Both the position numbers and the translations under genes were made by a program. A stretch of DNA of 64,000 nucleotides from Candidatus Rifleibacteriota bacterium (GTDB lineage Bacteria > Muiribacteriota > Ozemobacteria > Ozemobacterales > Ozemobacteraceae). The notes beneath the pieces were generated by a model. That model did not search any database. It was not told where the DNA came from and saw only the letters and a list, made by a program, of their open reading frames with translations. Location of the stretch: the NCBI GenBank assembly GCA_015233565.1, contig JADFXM010000003.1, positions 155,063 through 219,062 of the forward strand. Reading direction: 5' to 3'. This document shows, piece after piece, positions 36,466 through 43,086 of this stretch (position 1 is the first letter of the stretch; every line of letters begins with the position of its first letter).

Positions 36466-37308
36466 ATGAAACATTTTTTGAATAAACGCGGCTTTACACT
36501 ACTTGAATTGTTGATTGTCGTTGCGATTATCGCTGTACTGATTGCTTTGGCATTGCCCTATTATCAAGATTATATCGAAAAATCAAAATATTCCGGTACT
36601 CTTGCAGATTTGTCGAACCTTCGCAAAGCTGTTCAAATGTATGAACAGATGGAATCGAAATCTCTTAGTACTTTTGATATGAGACCTCTTATCGGTAGAT
36701 ATATCGAAGATTTTCGAAAAAATGACCTTACCCAGACTACTCCCCGGGACCCCTATGGTAACGATTATTCCTTCAACCCAATGTACGGAATTATCTTTTC
36801 CTACGGTCCGAATCATATTGCAGATATGAATAACGCTGCTATGAAGGCGAGATATGCAACTGGTGACGATATAATAACTACCTTTCTCCCCCCATTTTTT
36901 TTGAAGAGGGCGATTGCACTTGATAATAAAGAAGTTGAAGTGGAATTTTCTCGGAAAGTAAACGAGTCTACTGTCATACCAACAACATTCTATTGGCATA
37001 AAGATCAGACATGGACTCACAATGGCGGAACTGCAGTGGGAGCAGGAAATGGTAAATGTGGGGATAACGCAGGTGGTTCTCCGACTGTAACAAAAATTTC
37101 CCCAACCGTTTTTCGTTTCCGTTTTGATGACAATAATTTGCTAACAGCGGGCTCATACTATTGTCTCTATATTTCTGGAATTTCATCAGCACAAGGGCGC
37201 TATATGGGAGCCACCGAATGTGATGACCGCCCGGGACTTGAAGCCAGCAGCGATATCGGTGGTGGAACCAACAGCGGTTGTTGGCGCGAATTTACCATGC
37301 CTGATTAA
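36466..37308 (+). CDS. Prepilin-type protein B (paralogue of A)
   Basis: KRG|FTLLELLIVVAIIAVLIALALP and PRDPYGNDYSF. The N-terminal ~165 aa are highly similar to A and C while the C-terminal extension diverges. The protein ends ...EFTMPD. Confidence 0.85.
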   Translation: MKHFLNKRGFTLLELLIVVAIIAVLIALALPYYQDYIEKSKYSGTLADLSNLRKAVQMYEQMESKSLSTFDMRPLIGRYIEDFRKNDLTQTTPRDPYGNDYSFNPMYGIIFSYGPNHIADMNNAAMKARYATGDDIITTFLPPFFLKRAIALDNKEVEVEFSRKVNESTVIPTTFYWHKDQTWTHNGGTAVGAGNGKCGDNAGGSPTVTKISPTVFRFRFDDNNLLTAGSYYCLYISGISSAQGRYMGATECDDRPGLEASSDIGGGTNSGCWREFTMPD

Positions 37309-37333
37309 TTCTTTTTCATAAAATCTTTTGATG

Positions 37334-37355
37334 CCCTCCTTTTGGAGGGTTTTTT
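37334..37355 (+). terminator. Intrinsic terminator after pilin gene B
   Basis: CCCTCC (37334-37339), loop TTTT, GGAGGG (37344-37349), then TTTTTT. Confidence 0.8.
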
Positions 37356-37412
37356 GATTTCGAAAAAAAATGAAAACAATGCAAAATCACTTCAAAAAAA
37401 TTAATATTTCCC

Positions 37413-37441
37413 TTGCGATTCATAATTGTTTGCTATATATT
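37413..37441 (+). promoter_or_regulatory. Sigma-70-type promoter of pilin gene C
   Basis: TTGCGA at 37413-37418, 17-nt spacer, TATATT at 37436-37441, inside the conserved repeat. Confidence 0.5.
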
Positions 37442-37488
37442 TCTTAATAGTGGGAATTACCTTTCTTAATCTCCATCGGGGGGGAAAT

Positions 37489-38307
37489 ATGAAACATCGT
37501 TTGAATAAACGCGGCTTTACGCTTCTTGAGTTGCTGATTGTCGTTGCAATTATCGCAGTTTTGATTGCTTTGGCCTTGCCGTTTTACCAAGACTATATTG
37601 AAAAATCCAAATATACTGCTACTTTGGCTGATTTGTCGAGTCTTCGAAAAGCTGTACAAATGTATGAGCAAGTTGAACAAGCCTCTCTCACTCTTTCTGA
37701 TTTGAGACCCTTGATTGGTAAATACATAGAAGATTTCCGAAAAAATAATCTACTCCAATTATTACCACGTGATGCATACGGAAATGATTATTCAATAAAT
37801 CCGACATATGGTTTGATAATATCTTATGGTCCTGATCATAAATTGAATATGACTGCCTCTGATTGGAAAGCAAGACGATCTAGAGGTGATGACCTTGTAA
37901 CCGCTTATCTTCCTCCATTTTATTTGATGAGGGTTTCCCCTTTGAACAGGCGCGAATTTGAGGTCGAGTTCTCTCGCAAAATTCTTACCTCTTCCATTTC
38001 AACGACCAATTTTTATTGGTTACATTGGGGAACTCACACCATTGTTAATGCGGGTGATGCAACTGAACGCCCTGATGGTCGACTTTTCAGGATTTCTCCG
38101 ACTATCTTCCGTTTCCGTTTTACCAGTGATACTGGCTCTCTCACTGCGGGAGGAGACTACCGCCTTTACGTAGATGGAATTAGTGCTCAAACAGGCCGAA
38201 GCCTGTCGACTGCCGATTCTGATGACCAACCTGGATATGAATCGTCAAGTAGTGGGGGTGGTTCAAACAGCGGTTGCTGGGTTGATTTCAGTGTTCCGGC
38301 TTCATAA
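37489..38307 (+). CDS. Prepilin-type protein C (paralogue of A/B)
   Basis: KRG|FTLLELLIVVAIIAVLIALALP and PRDAYGNDYSI. ATG at 37489, preceded by a G7 Shine-Dalgarno tract; the track ORF is over-extended to 37426. The protein ends ...DFSVPAS. Confidence 0.85.
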   Translation: MKHRLNKRGFTLLELLIVVAIIAVLIALALPFYQDYIEKSKYTATLADLSSLRKAVQMYEQVEQASLTLSDLRPLIGKYIEDFRKNNLLQLLPRDAYGNDYSINPTYGLIISYGPDHKLNMTASDWKARRSRGDDLVTAYLPPFYLMRVSPLNRREFEVEFSRKILTSSISTTNFYWLHWGTHTIVNAGDATERPDGRLFRISPTIFRFRFTSDTGSLTAGGDYRLYVDGISAQTGRSLSTADSDDQPGYESSSSGGGSNSGCWVDFSVPAS

Positions 38308-38323
38308 TTTCAAATGTCCAATC

Positions 38324-38349
38324 GCCCCCATTTTGGGGGCTTTTCTTTT
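38324..38349 (+). terminator. Intrinsic terminator after pilin gene C
   Basis: GCCCCC (38324-38329), loop ATTTT, GGGGGC (38335-38340), then TTTTCTTTT. Confidence 0.75.
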
Positions 38350-38360
38350 ATTTTCCAATT

Positions 38361-38882
38361 ATGAGTTTTAATTCAAAACCGCATTCAATTCAAGCTGGAT
38401 TGACCCTTCTTGAAGTCATTTTTGCCACTGCACTTCTTTTGGTTTTTTCGCTCGTGATTTTCACTCCGCAGGAGATAATCCAACGAAGGCAAGCGGAATA
38501 TGAATTGAAAACAGCGCTCCACGATATGAGGGGGGCACTAGACCAATTCTACCTTGATCGGGGAGAGAGGGCCACTTCAATATATTCTTTGATGACTATT
38601 CCCAGAAAAGATGGCGGGGGTTTTTATTTGCGAAATTTTCCCCTTAACCCTTTTACGGCAAGCACCCAATGGTCAATCCGGGCTACTGATGCCGATGAGG
38701 CTGCAACAATTGACTTGGGTTGGACATTCATTTGCTCTCCCCAAGCCACTTTACCTCTTGATGCGGGAATTATTAACATTCGTGTACCAAGTATCCCTGC
38801 GACCACCCTTTCTGGGGTAGCATCCTGCGTTTTTGACGACAATTTTGTAAGCCTGAATGGAATTCCTTATTATAAGTGGTAG
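38361..38882 (+). CDS. Prepilin-type N-terminal cleavage/methylation-domain protein (minor pseudopilin-like)
   Basis: QAG|LTLLEVIFATALLLVF (Gly-1, Glu+5) followed by a helix ending ...ALDQFYLDRGE, as in GspG/H-type pseudopilins. Confidence 0.7.
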   Translation: MSFNSKPHSIQAGLTLLEVIFATALLLVFSLVIFTPQEIIQRRQAEYELKTALHDMRGALDQFYLDRGERATSIYSLMTIPRKDGGGFYLRNFPLNPFTASTQWSIRATDADEAATIDLGWTFICSPQATLPLDAGIINIRVPSIPATTLSGVASCVFDDNFVSLNGIPYYKW

Positions 38883-38911
38883 AAGCAAAGTAGAAAAAAA
38901 TGGGGTACAGT

Positions 38912-39101
38912 ATGATATTCACCGCAGTTGTTGATAAATGTTCCGAAACAGGCCTTTATATTGGTTATGTACCAGGTTTTCCAGGGGCGCATTCCAGTTG
39001 GTAGAACCTTAGATGAACTCAACGAAAATTTGAAAGAGGTCATTGAAATGCTTATTTCTTTCCCCAGATGGCGTATTGATCGCCACTTGTCAGAAGCTTG
39101 A
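38912..39101 (+). pseudogene. HicB-like (UPF0150) antitoxin-family gene interrupted by a +1 frameshift
   Basis: Frame 1 reads MIFTAVVDKCSETGLYIGYVPGFPGAHSSW* with its stop at 39002-39004. The next frame continues PVGRTLDELNENLKEVIEML... Joined, these match the conserved family pattern ...PG.H..G.TLDE...NLKE.IE. One extra T near 38991-38995 would explain the shift. The 3' end overlaps the convergent amylase gene. Confidence 0.5.
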
Positions 39102-40329
39102 ATGAAGAGTCGGGACACCAGTCGGCGGAACCAAGTTTGATCGCTATTTTTTCATCAATGAAAGCTGCATATAGCCCTTGGTCGGCTTTTTCGATTCTAA
39201 GTGAGCTGTCGGCTTTAATTCCATAGTTTTGCCTGATCGCCATCAATGTTTTAATGGTCTCCATTAGTTTCCAATCGTAAATATGTTCCCATAATACACA
39301 GGGAATTCCAGGGTGAGTCATAATGTAGGCATATCCCTGACAGACTTTATCGGCGGGAAAAGGCCACAAATTTTGTTGCGACCCGGTGTCGTGATTGTCG
39401 ATGAAAGTCACAGCTCGCTGAGGGTTCCAACCGATTAACCCGGGTGCTTTCCCTTGCTGGTCGCGAAGTCGCCAATATTCACCTTTTACCGCTTCTTGAA
39501 GGATTCCTTTAGTGGTAACGTCGAAAACCGTTACGTTTCCTGCTGCCCCATTAAGGTAGTCGCAGAGCACTTGGCGATGTGCATCTTGATTGTATTGAGG
39601 TTTGCTTTGATCATAGGCCATGTTCGTAAATACCTCGGCCACTGAAAATTGTGAGTCTGTACCTTTGTCAAAAATTGTGACAAATTTCGGAGCGTAGCCT
39701 TTGGCGAAGTCATATCGCCATCCGACAAAACCAAGTGTTTTAAGCCAGTTAAGATATGCAATTATATCTTGTTGAATGTTCGGGTTTGTATGATCAATGT
39801 CTGGGGCTGCTTCAAAATTATCACCTGTGTCGGGGTTGCCGGTTCCTCCAAATTCTCCCTTTACTATTGCGGATTGATTCCATGCTGCTTTTCCGCTGGG
39901 GAAAATAAACTGATTCCAAAGCCCGCTACAGTCCTGCTTCCCGGCACAACGATGGTTTAAGACTGCATCGGCAAGAGGTTTGATGCCCGCTTTGTTCATC
40001 TTATCCAGGGTAGCCTTTAATTGATCTGCTGTCCCGTAAAATGTTGGATTCTGTTGAGTTCCTAAATCGTAATAATCGCCAGGTAAATATCCTGGGTCGT
40101 CGACCGATCTGCTCGGAGGAGGAAACCACGCGAGCGTGAACCCCATTTTGCCAAGCTCTTCAGCATGCTCAGCAATTAAGTTATACCAATTTCCAGGGGA
40201 TCCTGCATTTTTCAGCTTCCACCCAAATACTTGGATCATTATTTCGGTGTTTGAACGTGTTCGGGCGGAAATAGCAAGACTTAAAGTCAGAAAAAATAAA
40301 ACAAAAAATGAAACAAATATTTTTTTCAT
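39052..40329 (-). CDS. Secreted GH13 alpha-amylase (plant/archaeal-like subfamily)
   Basis: GH13 conserved regions DAVLNHR (I), GWRYDFAKGY (II), AEVF (III) and FIDNHDTGS (IV). Signal peptide MKKIFVSFFVLFFLTLSLAISA from the ATG at 40329; the track start is 40368. Confidence 0.85.
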   Translation of the reverse strand: MKKIFVSFFVLFFLTLSLAISARTRSNTEIMIQVFGWKLKNAGSPGNWYNLIAEHAEELGKMGFTLAWFPPPSRSVDDPGYLPGDYYDLGTQQNPTFYGTADQLKATLDKMNKAGIKPLADAVLNHRCAGKQDCSGLWNQFIFPSGKAAWNQSAIVKGEFGGTGNPDTGDNFEAAPDIDHTNPNIQQDIIAYLNWLKTLGFVGWRYDFAKGYAPKFVTIFDKGTDSQFSVAEVFTNMAYDQSKPQYNQDAHRQVLCDYLNGAAGNVTVFDVTTKGILQEAVKGEYWRLRDQQGKAPGLIGWNPQRAVTFIDNHDTGSQQNLWPFPADKVCQGYAYIMTHPGIPCVLWEHIYDWKLMETIKTLMAIRQNYGIKADSSLRIEKADQGLYAAFIDEKIAIKLGSADWCPDSSFKLLTSGDQYAIWGKK

Positions 40330-40469
40330 GTTAATCCCTTTCTTGAAGGCCTTTTGGGAAAATGCCAATCATGCCAATAATTAAAATATAGCAAAATTTA
40401 TAGGTTTGATCAAGCCTCTGGTGTTGTAAACCGTCTAATATATTAAGTAATTATTTCGTGGGATTGATA

Positions 40470-41348
40470 TTACCCGTTTAACTGTTTAATTATCTCTTTC
40501 ACGATTTTGTCTGCGTCTTGATTGGCGACTTGGCATGTTGCAGCGCCCTTATGCCCGCCCCCACCGTATTGATTGCACAATGCACCTACATCTACTTGGC
40601 ATGTGCGATTAAAAATGCTGTGCCCGATTGCGATTACTGTGAATTCTCCGCCTTTGCCATTGAAAACCCTTACTTGAACGCTTCCTTCCGGAAAAATCGT
40701 GAATATCAGAAATCTATTTCCAGCTGGCACTTTTGGGGTTTTCCTCAAATCAGTAAAAATCACTTTGCCTTCGACTCTTGAAGTCTCCCTCATTAATTTT
40801 TCGAACTCTTTCTGCTGTTGGAATAGGTCAGTGCAACGCTTTTTTACTTCAGGAATTTCAAGTATTTCACTTATTGGTTTGAAAATGATCCAATCCATTA
40901 ATTTTAAAAAGTAATCTTTGAATGGTCCGAGCCCGGAACGGGGATCGAGAGTGTAAAATAGAAGTATGTAATCTTTGGGATCAGTAACATCTGGGATACT
41001 GAGTTGCGCAGAGTCCAACATATCAGTTGCTTCCAACAAATCAAGAAATGGTTTCAATTCAGAGCAATCATAATGCTCAAAAATGACTCTGGCAGCACTG
41101 GGGGCAATTTTAAATTTTCCTTTGAAAGGTTTATTGGCATCCTTTTCACTGGAGGCATGATGATCGAACCACATTCCACAGTCCGGATGATAGGGAAGAT
41201 TTGCGATTATATCGTTTGTTGTTACCATAACTTTTCCATCCTGCATGTCTTTAGGATGAACAAATTCGATAGAATCAATTGATTCCATAATTCTTAAAAA
41301 TACGGCGCAGCAGAGTCCATCTGCATCACCTCTTGTAATTAGTCGCAT
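40470..41348 (-). CDS. DHH-family phosphoesterase
   Basis: N-terminus TRGDADGLCCAVFL (DxD motif) and WFDHHAS (DHH motif). Confidence 0.65.
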   Translation of the reverse strand: MRLITRGDADGLCCAVFLRIMESIDSIEFVHPKDMQDGKVMVTTNDIIANLPYHPDCGMWFDHHASSEKDANKPFKGKFKIAPSAARVIFEHYDCSELKPFLDLLEATDMLDSAQLSIPDVTDPKDYILLFYTLDPRSGLGPFKDYFLKLMDWIIFKPISEILEIPEVKKRCTDLFQQQKEFEKLMRETSRVEGKVIFTDLRKTPKVPAGNRFLIFTIFPEGSVQVRVFNGKGGEFTVIAIGHSIFNRTCQVDVGALCNQYGGGGHKGAATCQVANQDADKIVKEIIKQLNG

Positions 41349-41467
41349 TTTTTTCCCTCCGGTATTTGATTTTTAATTGGTCTTTCATTGTGTGCCGATA
41401 AATTATAGTAGACATTTATCCTATTCAAATTTGCTTCCTTTTTCAAGAGGAAAGTGGAAAGGAATCT

Positions 41468-42718
41468 ATGAAAAGACTGTTTTCAGCCGTTCAGGTTAAG
41501 GAAGAGGGTGCCCTTTTAAAATTTTTTGAGGAATCCTTCAATCTCAAGATTATCAACGGTTTAATTGAATTCAAGGAAAAGGAATCTCCTGATAACTATT
41601 TACCCTTCTATATGAGAGGATACTCTCTGCCCATCAATAAGGCCTTTGGTGGAAAAGTATATTCAGTGTGTTCCAAAATTTCCGAAATGTTGGGCTATAC
41701 TGAGAAGGAAATCGAATTCTACGTTTCAAATGAAGCGGAATTCAATTCGTCATCGATTCTAAGCAGTATCAGAGGAAAACCCCACATTGTAATAATTAAT
41801 CGAGGATTAATTGAAAAAGTTTCATTAGCTGAACTGGAGTTTATTATTGGGCATGAAATTGGTCATCTTATCTTTCGTCATGCTTATGTGACAAGGGTTA
41901 TTCAATATGTTTATCCAACCTATGAGAATCTTCCGCCGCTGCTGCAAAAACTTTACGATGTATGGAGCAAGCTTTGCGAAATTTCTGCTGATCGAGTCGG
42001 CCTTCTTGCTTGTGGAGATTTAGAAACTGCAGTCAGAGGGCTTTTTAAGCTTTCTTCCGCTCTTGATGAAAAATATTTCGATTTGAGCTTAGAGAATATG
42101 GTGAGAATTGCTGATTTAACTTATACCGAAATGCGCGAACATCCCTCTTATGTTTCGGCGACACATCCAGCCAATCCAATCAGAATTAAAGCTTTGATGG
42201 AATTTTCCAGATCAACTCTTTGGGATGGAATTGTAAATGGCGACAAGAAAGCTTTTCCTCACGATCCATTGCTGGAAGAAAAAATGAACGACATTCTTTA
42301 TCTGATCAAGAAAGCGCCTTTCGATGAACAGGAAGAGGTTGAACTCATGTTTCTTGCTTCGGCTGGAATGCTTCTGTTATCAGCTCAGGAAGAACATAAA
42401 GATGACGAATACAATTATTTGATCAACGTATTGGCACAATATGTGCATTGGCCGCCTGCTTATCTTGACGAACTTAACAAAAACAATATTTACGAAATGA
42501 TGGAAAAAGCCTCTGCGACTATCATGGAATTTTATCCTCAGCGTACCAGGGATCTGGTGAAACAACTTTTCCCGATCATTGTTCGAGACCGAAAACTCGC
42601 CGATGCTGAAGTTGGAGTGTTTTTGAAGATTTCTACAGAAGAGCTGAAAATTCCCTATTCCGAAATTGTGGACATTTTTCTTCAGGGCATCAGAGAGCTT
42701 TATCAGCCATTTGGTTGA
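41468..42718 (+). CDS. M48-family zinc metallopeptidase with C-terminal helical (TerB-like?) domain
   Basis: IIGHEIGHLIFRH (HExxH) with a downstream E in EISADRVG, in an M48/Ste24-like arrangement. Confidence 0.65.
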   Translation: MKRLFSAVQVKEEGALLKFFEESFNLKIINGLIEFKEKESPDNYLPFYMRGYSLPINKAFGGKVYSVCSKISEMLGYTEKEIEFYVSNEAEFNSSSILSSIRGKPHIVIINRGLIEKVSLAELEFIIGHEIGHLIFRHAYVTRVIQYVYPTYENLPPLLQKLYDVWSKLCEISADRVGLLACGDLETAVRGLFKLSSALDEKYFDLSLENMVRIADLTYTEMREHPSYVSATHPANPIRIKALMEFSRSTLWDGIVNGDKKAFPHDPLLEEKMNDILYLIKKAPFDEQEEVELMFLASAGMLLLSAQEEHKDDEYNYLINVLAQYVHWPPAYLDELNKNNIYEMMEKASATIMEFYPQRTRDLVKQLFPIIVRDRKLADAEVGVFLKISTEELKIPYSEIVDIFLQGIRELYQPFG

Positions 42719-42776
42719 CTGACCTTGCAGGATGATAGAGATAATACTCTATACATAAAATAAAATCGTATTCTTT

Positions 42777-42812
42777 GCGGCGAATTAAAGCTCTGGGAGT
42801 CTAATTCGCCGC
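42777..42812. terminator. Perfect 11-bp-stem hairpin between convergent genes (possible bidirectional terminator)
   Basis: GCGGCGAATTA (42777-42787), 14-nt loop, TAATTCGCCGC (42802-42812). It lies 59 nt after the M48 peptidase stop. The downstream sequence is only moderately T-rich. Confidence 0.4.
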
Positions 42813-43086
42813 ATTTCTATTCATTAGGATAAAAGTTAAATTTTCACCAGAATTCCTTCCCTCGGGAATTTTATTCTGGCAACATTTTTTTGAGGCCTAT
42901 ATAGATAGTTGGGTTATGAAGGGATTACTTGGTTAATAAATTTGGTTAATCGATCTCAAGAGATTATCCAGCGATAAATATTTCGAATGCCATCAAAATT
43001 GATTTTGAAGTTAAGTTTACAGTTGGATTTAGCGGATGTGAACAGGAAATCTTAGCCGGTTCTCCTGAGAGGCATTTTTTTAATGA

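Larger units (their letters stand above)
35381..38345 (+). repeat. Tandem triplication (~1 kb unit) of promoter + 5'UTR + pilin-like gene + terminator
   Basis: Three consecutive units each begin AATAAT(A/T)TTTCCCTTGCGATTCATA... The first ~500 nt of coding sequence are near-identical at the protein level, and each unit ends in a GC-rich hairpin plus T-run. Confidence 0.85.

Noticed and set aside
35381-37441. Sigma-54 promoter in the conserved CCCTTGCGA block upstream of the pilin genes
   Set aside because: A TTGC element is present, but there is no GG dinucleotide at the required spacing upstream (TGGCAC-N5-TTGC). The block fits a -35/-10 sigma-70 arrangement instead.
35962-38100. Diversity-generating retroelement or cassette recombination as the source of pilin C-terminal variability
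   Set aside because: There is no reverse transcriptase, no template repeat and no silent cassettes in the window. The differences include indels and are not adenine-specific.
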